A DNA stretch of 64,000 nt from Eledone cirrhosa (Eukaryota): NCBI GenBank assembly GCA_964016885.1, contig OZ024740.1, positions 124,620,001 to 124,684,000 of the forward strand, written 5' to 3'. The translations under genes were made by a program, and so were the position numbers. Shown here piece by piece: positions 40,517 to 57,829 of the stretch. The notes below the pieces were generated by a model, which saw nothing but the letters and a program-made list of their open reading frames with translations, was not told the DNA's origin and did no database searches. Within the stretch, counting starts at the first letter, position 1. The number at the start of each line of letters is the position of its first letter.

Positions 40517-40652
<136 letters not shown>

Positions 40653-40859
40653 CAATGCAAATATGTGTGTGGGGGGTTTTCAGCCTGGTGGGAAATTAAA
40701 CATTCTTTCCAAAAATTCAGAAAATTGTCAAAATCTAAAAACAATTTTGTGATGTGGTGTGTGTGTGTTTGGGTGTCGAATGGAGGTGATTACATATTTA
40801 GTTTTGGTTTAAATGTGTTAATAAATCGTTTTTCCTTATTTATTCTTTGTTGTTGAGTG

Positions 40860-41340
40860 AAATAATCGGAGCACTTGTAAATCCTTAGTTTTTAACTCCT
40901 ATTAATTATTTTTAATGTTTATTTCAATACTCAACATTTGATAAGATGGATTTTGAGAATTCATCGAAACTGGTAATTCTTCATATACTTTATATACATT
41001 ATACAACTTATTTTAAAAAACAATTGTCCCTCTCATTTTTTCAATAATGTTATATTTTCAATAATTGTTTCTACTTTAGGCACAAGGCCAGCAATAACCA
41101 GTGCATTACTGGTACTTTATTCTATCGACCCCGTAAGGATGAAAGGCAAAGTCAAACTCGGCGGGATTTGAATTCAGATCGTAAAGGGACGTAACTATGA
41201 TGGAAAGGTTCGACCCTCTGCCGATACTGCCAATCCACCGCCCTTTCAATAATTTCACTTTAACGAATCAAAAAAGAAAAACAGACCTTTAAATATATTT
41301 TCCGTGCTATTTCCAATTTCACATTTTCTCTATATCCACT
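40860..41340 (+). repeat. Inverted copy of 35210-35660 (probable PLE terminal repeat), interrupted by a SINE at 41066-41243 (10-bp TSD TTTCAATAAT)
   Basis: Reverse-complement similarity, e.g. TCAACATTTGATAAGATGGATTTT and TAATTCTTCATATACTTTATATACATTATA. Confidence 0.8.
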
Positions 41341-41364
41341 GTTTTGTATAGAACCTTACTTCCC

Positions 41365-41414
<50 letters not shown>

Positions 41415-41750
41415 TAACAGATTAAAGTTTAAGCAAAGAATCGCTGCTTTCACCCTTAACGGGATCTTCTGAAACTAACAAAGTCAATCTGTAAACGCAG
41501 AAGTGGATTTTAGTTTTCAAATTTATTATTATTACTATATATATATATATATATATATATACAGTAATTGTTTCTACTTTAGGCACAAGGCCAGCAATTA
41601 TCCAGTACATTACTGGTACTTTATTTTATCGACCCCGTAAGGATGAAAGGCTAAGTTAACCTCGGCGGGATTTGAACTCAGACTGTAAAGGGACGTAACT
41701 ATGCTAGAAAGCATGGCGTCCAACCCTCTACCGATACTGCCAATTCACCG

Positions 41751-45400
<3,650 letters not shown>

Positions 45401-45665
45401 TTATATATATATGCATTTATTTATTTAATTATATATGCTTCAGAAGCATCCATTGATGTTGACCAGTTCTCCTTTTTGGGTTGTGTTTTTGATGCTCAGA
45501 GAGTGGAATTGGTCGAGTGCAAGGCTTTCCCCACTTAAAAAACCTCAAAGCACAGGCATTGCTTTCTCGGGATCTATTACAGGCTCGTGTGGCTGGCTGT
45601 AGCCTAAAAGTGCCTCATCTTCTATGACCTGTAAAGTGATTGCAATACTCTTTGCAGAGTTTTCA

Positions 45666-45793
<128 letters not shown>

Positions 45794-45814
45794 TTCCAAT
45801 ATTTTTATTATATA

Positions 45815-46205
45815 TATATATACTTATATATTTCGTTTTTTGGTATTTGTTTTGCAAGATTTCTTATCTGAAAATATGTGGTGAAACAGATATTGTTATA
45901 TTTTGGGAGAGTCAGGCTGCCAATAAAAATGCATGCACATGTTGATTTTAACTTCAATTCATTATAAATTTCCAGTTGGTTGGTTGTTTCGATAACCAGA
46001 CAGTTGTTTATATATTCATCACACACTGTGTGACCTCCCCAGTGACTGGGGTTTTATTTTTTATCTCTCCTTTGTTATCTCATACATCATCTTGTTTTTG
46101 TGTGTTCCGTGTTCAATGGAATAGACATTACAATACAATGGGGGGGGGGCATAATAGTACCACTGATGATGTCACAGTTGTGTGATGAAAGAATTTTGTT
46201 AGATT
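45815..46205. mobile_element. Solo Nematis/Neptune-type PLE terminal repeat with a short inverted copy
   Basis: Similar to 46476-46740 and the reverse complement of 57120-57235; plus-strand CTGATGA-T-GTCACA/TGTGAT-GAAA at 46163-46190. Confidence 0.7.
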
Positions 46206-46340
46206 ATATATATATATATATAAATTAATGCATTAATAAAAACAATGAAATAACATAATTTATCTTGACTCTCTCTCTCTCTATATATATATATATAAAG
46301 TAATAAATTAATAAAAACAATGAAATAAAATAATTTATCT

Positions 46341-48593
<2,253 letters not shown>

Positions 48594-48693
48594 ACATTCC
48601 TATCCCTGGTAAATCTGATTGAAAAAACTGACTCTTTTGTGAGAAGGCTTAGATGGATCGCTTTTTTTCCACGACCAGCGCTTAAAAGGAAAT

Positions 48694-50954
48694 TTGTATA
48701 CTAAGGAACGTAACAATATTGATTATTTATTTAACTCTAGAAGAAATCCTCCTTTCAATAAAAATCTAGCACAGTTTGAGGAAGAACTAACCAATATTAT
48801 AAGAGGACTTAAATTCAATAGAAACCCTTATAGAGGACAGGAGCACCTTATAAATCTCAGGAATACGATTTCGGACCTTAATTCTTCTATAAAAGTCTTA
48901 GTCCATTCCGACAAAACTAATAATTTATATGGTGTATCTAAAGATAAATATAATAACCTTATCCTTAAGGAACTAAGGAAGAATTATCGCAAAACTAACC
49001 ATGAGAATCTGGAATCTATAAACTTGGAAGCTTCTGCGATTATGTCTAAACTTGGCATCGAGAAAAAGACCGAATCATTCTTCCCAAGAACTCCGAGTAT
49101 AAATCTTAAGGATCACAAAATTAACTTTCGAACTGAACTGCCTGTTAGACTAATCGCCCCCTCTAAATCCGATCTGGGGGTTGTTAGTAAATCCATCTTG
49201 GATAGAATTATCCCACAAGTTCGTTCTTATTGCTCTATTTCTAACTTATTTTTATGGATTGGTACATCTGATGTAATTAACTGGTTCAATGACCTGAATA
49301 ATAAAAAAAAACAAAAATGTATCCAGTTTGACATTGCCAGTTACTATTCTTCTATTTCGCCTTCACTCCTCAACATCGCTCTCTCTTTTACATTTAAATA
49401 TTCTGACATCACCACAGATGAACTGTACATCATTCTCATCGCAAGAAAAACTATCCTGGAATTCAACAACGAATATTGGACTAGAGCTGATACTTCCAAC
49501 AATTTTGATATCACAATGGGTTCGTCGGATTCAGCGCAATTGACGGACTTGATTGGAATCTTTATTTTGAATTTTTTAAATCGGAAAATTCCTCAACTTA
49601 GCGGTGGAATTTATCGTGATGATGCCCTTTTTACTGTCTTAAACTGTAACTTAGTTAACCTTAATAGTATTAAGAATAATATACTCGATCTATTTAAGCA
49701 CCATAACCTAAAAATTGAATTTGAAAACATCGTCAAACTAGCTAACTTCCTGGATGTATCCCTTAATCTTGACACCGGCCTATATTACCCTTACCATAAA
49801 GACAATGAGAATCTAAATTATGTTAATTTTAAATCTAACCACCATATTAACGTTAAAAATGCTATAGTCAGTAATGTTGAAAAAAGAATCTCAAATCTAT
49901 CTTCTAATAAACTTATCTTTGACGCTGAAGCCAATTATTACAACAATGCGCTTTCTAGAGCCGGTTATCCTGACAAAATTAAATACAGTAAAGAAACCAA
50001 TCATGGAGGAACTTATAGTAATATAGTTATTTATAAGCATGCCAATAGCATAAAGAAAAGACCTAGATATAAAAATATAATTTGGTACAACGCTCCTTTT
50101 TCTCTATCTATTATTAGTAATATTCCTAAACTATTTTTAGGGCCTTAGATAAATGCTTCCTTCCTTCACATATTTATAGTAAGATCTTTAATAAGCATAC
50201 AATTAAATTCTCTTATTCCACCACTTCCAACATCTCTAACATTATCTCAAAACATAATACTAAAATATTAAGTAATAAATCATATGCATCCAACACTGAG
50301 CATAATAATAATAAAAATAGTAAGCCCGACGTCAATGTTAACTCTAGGCTAGATTCCATAAATTTAAATACGACGTCAAACGTAACTTTGTCGAATGTTC
50401 ATAATACTAATCTAAATCAGGAAACTTTAGCACCTATTGTAAGTAACTTCTCCAAATCAATTCCTTCTATAAATAATACTGGGTCACTTGCTAATAACTC
50501 TGGTAATTTCTCTAATCGTAATTGCAATTGCCCTATTAGAACTAAATGTCCTCTTAGTAACCAATGCCTTGATAAAAATGTAGTGTATGAATGTAAGGTT
50601 ATAACTGGTACTAATTCTTTTACTTATTTTGGTTCCACTTCCACTTCCTTTAATGCAAGATTTTATAATCACAATTCTTCTTTTAAATACCAACTTAAAA
50701 GGACTAACACAGCACTCTCAGAACTCATATGGTCCTTAAAGGACAAACAAATTAACTACAACATTTCTTGGAGAAAGGTTTGCAACGCCTCTCCTTACCT
50801 TAATTCTTCCCTATCCAGAAAATGTAATCTCTGTCTTGCGGAGAAATTTACCATTAACTCTAATTTTAATTCTATAATGAATAGACGTACGGATTTATTT
50901 TCGCTCTGCTTGCATAAATCCCATAGAACTTTCTATAAAATATACAGCTCCTAA
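48694..50954 (+). pseudogene. PLE RT + GIY-YIG ORF, frameshifted near 48670 and 50140
   Basis: SDKTNNLY, QFDIASYYSSI, MGSSDSAQLTDLIG, YRDD, NFLDVSL, IWYNAPF, CNCPIRTKCPL, VVY...YFG...R, CNLCLAEK. Confidence 0.9.
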
Positions 50955-51882
50955 TATCTTACTACCTAATTAGTTTAACATTTTTTTTTCTCAAACTCTT
51001 TTTACAAATATACCCATCGTTCTACCTTATTTCAGTATATTATACAATATTACTCATAGTATGTCGTTAGCGGTCCCCTAATTTTCTTCTTTTTTTTTAA
51101 TTTCTAATCTTTAATCTGCAACTTTTACTTCTCGATTACTTCTTAATTCATCTTATAACTCACTATAGCATTTTCCTTATATTCTCGGCCATACACATTT
51201 TTATTTTTAATATAAACTAATATTACCATTAGAAAAATTTTGTAAACATATTTTTTTGACGTAATATATATTTTTTCTTCCTTGAATTTTTTCTTTCTTC
51301 TCTCCTTCCATGATCGTATTAAATCTATTATTTACTTTTTCCTATTACAATATATAGAAACAAACTTGGACCCTAATTAATTCCTCTAAGTTCATAATTC
51401 ATTTAACCTTATCTTCTTAATAAATTTTATTTTAATAATACATTTTAATAAATTGCTTTTCGCACATCTTATTAAACCTTTCAATATATAAACCTTAAAT
51501 AAATAGTATTCTTTAATCATAAGCATCACCATTCAAAAACCTCATTAACTTTTAATTTCTTAAATTTTTAAAAATTTATGTATTATCTTACAACGGTTTT
51601 TTTTTCTCTGTGAGACAGTGTTTCTCAGTATTAAAGGTTATCTCTCTCTCTCACTCATTTTCTCCTCCTGTCTCATTAATCCTTCTTATACTCCTCCATC
51701 ATCCTTTCCTTATTATTATATTTTTTCTTCTATCTATATTCTTTCTTCCTCTTCCTTATCTTTTCTTTCCCCCTTCCTTTCCTTTTTTCCAATCTCATAT
51801 ATCCATCTTATTTTATTTTTCATATGTTGATTTAACACGTCACTGGTCACAAGTGTTTTTTAAGCTTCATATCATGTCTCCC

Positions 51883-51953
51883 TATTTTATCTGATGAGAA
51901 CGCAAACATCATCCCATGAAGATATTTGTTTTTGAAATGCGCATAATAAAATA
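51883..51953 (+). ncRNA. Type I hammerhead ribozyme (canonical core, minimal palindromic stem III)
   Basis: Stem I TATTTTAT/ATAAAATA, CTGATGA, stem II CAAACATC/GATATTTG, GAAA, palindromic ATGCGCAT, predicted AUA cleavage after 51945. Confidence 0.85.
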
Positions 51954-51983
51954 CATAGAACTCTTTTAACCATCTTTTGATTT

Positions 51984-52060
<77 letters not shown>

Positions 52061-52574
52061 ATATTTGGGGAGGGTCATATTTGCGTAATATTGCCAGAAT
52101 TAATAACAGAACACACTCACTGTTTGGTTGGTTTTCGCTTCTCGCTGTCTTTTATATATATATATCTGCGATCTAACTTACTCGGTCCTCAATGTTGCCA
52201 TTGACTGACCGGCGGTCAAAAATAATACAGATACAATATAGACAAACACATATATATATAGTTTACATAAATCTTTCGTTGCACATCTGCAACATCGTCA
52301 GTGGTGTTATATTCATTGTTCCTCCTGTTGTGTTGTATGTCTACGCCATTTTTTTTTGTTCAGTCTGTCTATATATTTATTTATTTATTTGCTTGTTTGT
52401 TTATCTTATTTTATTTTGTCTTCTTTGCGCATGCGTTTGCGTGTGTGTATAGTGTTATGTGTGATGTGTGACTAGTGTGTATAGTGTTGTGTCTGCTGGG
52501 TGACTAGTGTGTGTTTATGTGCTTGTGTATGTATTTATTTATCTTATTTTATTTAATTTAATTTACTTATTTAT

Positions 52575-55290
52575 TTATACTTCTCTTAGGTCAGTGTTGT
52601 TTGTTTGGGTGTTGTTGTTGTTCCACTCATTCTTTCTGTTTAGCTTTGGTCTTCTAATTTCTATTTCACTGGCCTCTCTGATTTGCCTATCTGCTGGGTC
52701 ATTCCTATGTTTAGATATTATTCTAATTTCTATGTTGTCTATGTTACCGTCATGATGTTGTCTAGCATGTTCGTATAGTACTGACCCGTTTTTTCGTCCT
52801 TTTAGTTCCCCCCAGTGTTGGTCTATCCTTTCACCTATGCTACGAGCTGTCTCACCTATGTATGTTGTTGTCGTGTTTCTGCAAGTACCCTCTGTACATC
52901 TTATGCTATAGACTACGTTTCTAGTTTTACAGTTTATCCGGGGGTTCACCTTACATATGATACATTTCCTATTGGTACAGTGGGTTTTCTTAAAAGGGTA
53001 GGTTTTGCTGATCAGGGATTTTATGGTGGTTCCTGGCTTTTCTACCACCTTTATTTTTAAGTGGGTCTTTCTCAGGGCCTTTCTACACTGGTTAGCTAAT
53101 TTCCCTCCAGGGGTGGCGTCCACAAACATGACACTCTGATATCTCTGGTTGTCGTACCATGATGTGGCCTTCCCTATCTTATGTCTAGCCCTATCTAAGC
53201 TATTCCATGATTTGCTCCTGTATAGTGGGCAAATTCCTTTCATGTCCAGTTCTATGAGGGTCTTATACTTTTCCATGGCTCCTTCGTATACTCTGACTCT
53301 GTCTCTTTGGTTGTAGCCAGAGAACTGCATGCGGTTGATGAAGTGTTGGATGTGTCCTTCCATTTCTGTTGGGTCGCACATGCTGGACACATTCTTCATC
53401 ACTCGTACCAAATCTGCGATCAGAATATTAAACTTAGCACTACTGGACATTGCTGAGTTTTTGAGTATCAGGTATTTGGAGGCCATGGGTTTAGCATAGT
53501 GTGAGTGGAGAATTTGGGCTCTCTCGTCTATAGTGTTAATCCAGAGTTCTGTGTCTAATACAGGTAGTCTATTGTTAGGGTGTTTGGAAGGGAAGTCTAT
53601 AGTTACAGTTATACTCTGGTGTATGGAATTAGCTATCTGCTGGATGCTTTCCATCGTGCTACGTTCTAAATCAAACTTGTTAGTGCTCTCTAGTGGGGGT
53701 GTTCTTATAACTATATTGATATCGTCTACATAACGAGAGTACATGATGAGGTCTATGGAGCTTTCATTAAGGAGATCTTTAAGTCTCCTTTCCCACCATA
53801 CCATGAAAAGGTTGGCAACATCGCCAGCTATGCTGACGTCGATGGCTGCTCCCTCATTTTGGGTGTAGATTTTCTCATTGAACTTAAATATGTGGCCCTT
53901 TAGGGTAGTTTTGATACTAGCCCCTATTGCATGTGCGACCATTTTTCTTACCTGATCAGTGTTTTGGGGGGTCCGTATAGCTTTGGTCCACCCAATCCAC
54001 CTTCCTATGGGAGTCTTTTTAGCCATTGAGGTTATGGTGGGGGGTCTACCTCTTATAGGTCTACTAGGGCAGAAACATCTAAGGTCATGGCTGTCTAGGT
54101 AGTCAGTGTCGTAGGTAAGTCTAAGTAGGAGGCCCAGTTCGTCTGTGTCGACGTCGCAGAACTCCACCTCACTCTCAATGATCACCTCCACACATCTTTT
54201 CACAGCAAAATCAATGTTAATGGATGGGTACAGTGACACCACATCCATGCTGCCTATTATGCAGTTGGATAGGCTCCTGTTTTTGTTGCACTCACTGATT
54301 CTGCTGAGGAGGTCCTCTGTACTTTCACATACATCTGGGGACATCTTGATTATGGGGCGTATAACCATTGAGAGGAAGTAGGAGATCCTGTAGTTGCTAG
54401 CTATATTAGCTCCGCATACAGGTCTTGTTGGTGGTCCTATTGTCGGGTCGTCGACTGTCTTGTGGTCTTTGCGGAGCCCATACAAGGGTGGTATGCCATT
54501 GTTAGACGCCTGGAAGTTGTTGGCAGTGCGTCTGCTTGGCTTTAGGATGTCAGTCCACATCATCATGTGAGCGTTGAGGATTTTTTCTCTCCCATCGTGT
54601 GTTAGTTGTGCAACTTCGCTCGTGTTGGTGATGTGGGGTTGCATTGCCTCGATGTAGTTCGGCATGCTATCTATTGACATCCTACCAGACTTATCTGTGG
54701 GTAGACACACTACCTCACCATCCCTTGTGCGCTGCTTGAGGCTAACCAAGCCTTCTACAGGTTTTATCCCAAGTTGTTGGGCCTCTGGTCTGCTCTGTCT
54801 CATAGTGTACCTGTCTACTACTTGTCTAATCTTATTTCTAGCTATGGTGAACTGTGCCTCCGTCTCGTCATCTATTTGTTGTGGTATGCAAACTCTTTTA
54901 TTAAAGGGTAACCTCGTAGGATAGATATTACCCATCTTATATGTTTTGTCAGCTGGGTTGAAAAATAGTTTCTCTAAGGGGTTGTCGTTATTTCTATCGT
55001 CATAGTTGTGTGTGTTGCTATTATTGTTATCATGGTGGTTGTTGTTGTTTCTATCCTTAGCATTAATATTATTATTGTTATGATTGCTAGATGTATTGTT
55101 GTTTACTTCACCGTTATTGTTGTTGTTACTGCTATTTCTACCATTGTGGTTGTTACTATTATTATGTTTCTTGTTTTTGTTGATGTTGCTACATGTACTA
55201 TTTCCATTATTACCACTGTGGTTATTGTTGTTGTTGTTGTTCGTATTGTTACCGTTATTACTACTGTGGTCACTGTTGCTCACATGATGA
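52575..55290 (-). CDS. Nematis/Neptune-type PLE RT + GIY-YIG endonuclease, uninterrupted but 5'-truncated
   Basis: PTDKSGR, LYGLRKDHK, TRPVCGA, MDVVSLYPSI, YSRYVDDIN, LPVLDT, CKTRNVVYSIRC...YIGETAR...H...H (CCHH); Asn-rich N-terminal tract. The track start at 55316 lies beyond the inversion junction. Confidence 0.92.
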
Positions 55291-55291
55291 T

Positions 55292-56668
55292 GTAAGAAAA
55301 ATGGTCGCACATGCAATAGGGGCTAGTATCAAAACTACCCTAAAGGGCCACATATTTAAGTTCAATGAGAAAATCTACACCCAAAATGAGGGAGCAGCCA
55401 TCGGCGTCAGCATAGCTGGCGATGTTGCCAACCTTTTCATGGTATGGTGGGAAAGGAGACTTAAAGATCTCCTTAATGAAAGCTCCATAGACCTCATCAT
55501 GTACTCTCGTTATGTAGACGATATCAATATAGTTATAGGAACACCCCCACTAGAGAGCACTAACAAGTTTGATTTAGAACGTAGCACGATGGAAAGCATC
55601 CAGCAGATAGCTAATTCCATACACCAGAGTATAACTGTAACTATAGACTTCCCTTCCAAACACCCTAACAATAGACTACCTGTATTAGACACAGAACTCT
55701 GGATTAACACTATAGACGAGAGAGCCCAAATTCTCCACTCACACTATGCTAAACCCATGGCCTCCAAATACCTGATACTCAAAAACTCAGCAATGTCCAG
55801 TAGTGCTAAGTTTAATATTCTGATCGCAGATTTGGTACGAGTGATGAAGAATGTGTCCAGCATGTGCGACCCAACAGAAATGGAAGGACACATCCAACAC
55901 TTCATCAACCGCATGCAGTTCTCTGGCTACAACCAAAGAGACAGAGTCAGAGTATACGAAGGAGCCATGGAAAAGTATAAGACCCTCATAGAACTGGACA
56001 TGAAAGGAATTTGCCCACTATACAGGAGCAAATCATGGAATAGCTTAGATAGGGCTAGACATAAGATAGGGAAGGCCACATCATGGTACGACAACCAGAG
56101 ATATCAGAGTGTCATGTTTGTGGACGCCACCCCTGGAGGGAAATTAGCTAACCAGTGTAGAAAGGCCCTGAGAAAGACCCACTTAAAAATAAAGGTGGTA
56201 GAAAAGCCAGGAACCACCATAAAATCCCTGATCAGCAAAACCTACCCTTTTAAGAAAACCCACTGTACCAATAGGAAATGTATCATATGTAAGGTGAACC
56301 CCCGGATAAACTGTAAAACTAGAAACGTAGTCTATAGCATAAGATGTACAGAGGGTACTTGCAGAAACACGACAACAACATACATAGGTGAGACAGCTCG
56401 TAGCATAGGTGAAAGGATAGACCAACACTGGGGGGAACTAAAAGGACGAAAAAACGGGTCAGTACTATACGAACATGCTAGACAACATCATGACGGTAAC
56501 ATAGACAACATAGAAATTAGAATAATATCTAAACATAGGAATGACCCAGCAGATAGGCAAATCAGAGAGGCCAGTGAAATAGAAATTAGAAGACCAAAGC
56601 TAAACAGAAAGAATGAGTGGAACAACAACAACACCCAAACAAACAACACTGACCTAAGAGAAGTATAA
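55292..56668 (+). CDS. Inverted, further-truncated copy of the same PLE ORF (RT motif B to GIY-YIG)
   Basis: Translation is identical to the C-terminal part of 52575-55316 apart from the two differences I could find (GAAIG vs GAAID, IGT vs IRT). Confidence 0.9.
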   Translation, partial: VRKMVAHAIGASIKTTLKGHIFKFNEKIYTQNEGAAIGVSIAGDVANLFMVWWERRLKDLLNESSIDLIMYSRYVDDINIVIGTPPLESTNKFDLERSTMESIQQIANSIHQSITVTIDFPSKHPNNRLPVLDTELWINTIDERAQILHSHYAKPMASKYLILKNSAMSSSAKFNILIADLVRVMKNVSSMCDPTEMEGHIQHFINRMQFSGYNQRDRVRVYEGAMEKYKTLIELDMKGICPLYRSKSWNSLDRARHKIGKATSWYDNQRYQSVMFVDATPGGKLANQCRKALRKTHLKIKVVEKPGTTIKSLISKTYPFKKTHCTNRKCIICKVNPRINCKTRNVVYSIRCTEGTCRNTTTTYIGETARSIGERIDQHWGELKGRKNGSVLYEHARQHHDGNIDNIEIRIISKHRNDPADRQIREASEIEIRRPKLNRKNEWNNNNTQTNNTDLREV

Positions 56669-57248
56669 ATAAATAAGTAAATTAAATTAAATAAAATAAG
56701 ATAAATAAATACATACACAAGCACATAAACACACACTAGTCACCCAGCAGACACAACACTATACACACTAGTCACACATCACACATAACACTATACACAC
56801 ACGCAAACGCATGCGCAAAGAAGACAAAATAATATAAGATAAACAAACAAGCAAATAAATAAATAAATATATAGACAGACTGAACAAAAAAAAAATGGCG
56901 TAGACATACAACACAACAGGAGGAACAATGAATATAACACCACTGACGATGTTGCAGATGTGCAACGAAAGATTTATGTAAACTATATATATATGTGTTT
57001 GTCTATATTGTATCTGTATTATTTTTGACCGCCGGTCAGTCAATGGCAACATTGAGGACCGAGTAAGTTAGATCGCAGATATATATATATAAAAGACAGC
57101 GAGAAGCGAAAACCAACCAAACAGTGAGTGTGTTCTGTTATTAATTCTGGCAATATTACGCAAATATGACCCTCCCCAAATATAACAATATCTGTTTCGA
57201 CACACGATTTCATATAAAAAACCTCGCAAAACTAATTCATCGCCGCTA

Positions 57249-57418
<170 letters not shown>

Positions 57419-57458
57419 GATGAATATACACGAGTGTGTATGATTGTGTATAGAAGAT

Positions 57459-57716
57459 TATATTAATAAAAGGAATTCCAACTTTGTCTGATTTACTTGT
57501 TTTATTTGCAATCCTTTAACATTTATAATGGTATTAGAATGAAATAGAATGGTAGAATATTAAATGTTAAGTGTTAATTTGGTAATTCAACAAGTACTTG
57601 TTCAATTAACACTTAACATTTAATATTCTACCATTGTATTTCATTCTAATACCATTACAAATTTTAAAGGATTGTAAATAAAACAAGTAAATCAGACAAA
57701 GTTGGAATTACTTTTA

Positions 57717-57722
<6 letters not shown>
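57459..57722. repeat. ~260-bp AT-rich fold-back hairpin (MITE-like)
   Basis: TATTAATAAAAGGAATTCCAACTTTGTCTGATTTACTTG... pairs with ...CAAGTAAATCAGACAAAGTTGGAATTACTTTTATTAATA over ~115 bp with few mismatches. Confidence 0.92.
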
Positions 57723-57811
<89 letters not shown>

Positions 57812-57829
57812 GTATGTATGTATATATAT

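Larger units (their letters stand above)
48594..51985 (+). mobile_element. Near full-length Hydra-type PLE
   Basis: Starts at the IPIP..LIEKTDSFVRRLRW N-terminus, then RT and GIY-YIG ORF pieces, a ~1-kb pyrimidine-rich 3' UTR and a hammerhead; ends in (TA)n. Confidence 0.92.
52055..57247. mobile_element. Palindromic (head-to-head) PLE insertion in (TA)n; arms ~52055-53951 and 55292-57190
   Basis: Near-perfect ~1.9-kb inverted repeats around a ~1.34-kb spacer; both outer ends abut (TA)n. Confidence 0.95.

Noticed and set aside
55193-55316. N-termini given by the ORF track for the 913-aa and 491-aa ORFs
   Set aside because: Both starts lie across the inversion junction (55291/55292) in antisense sequence, so they are not true initiation sites.
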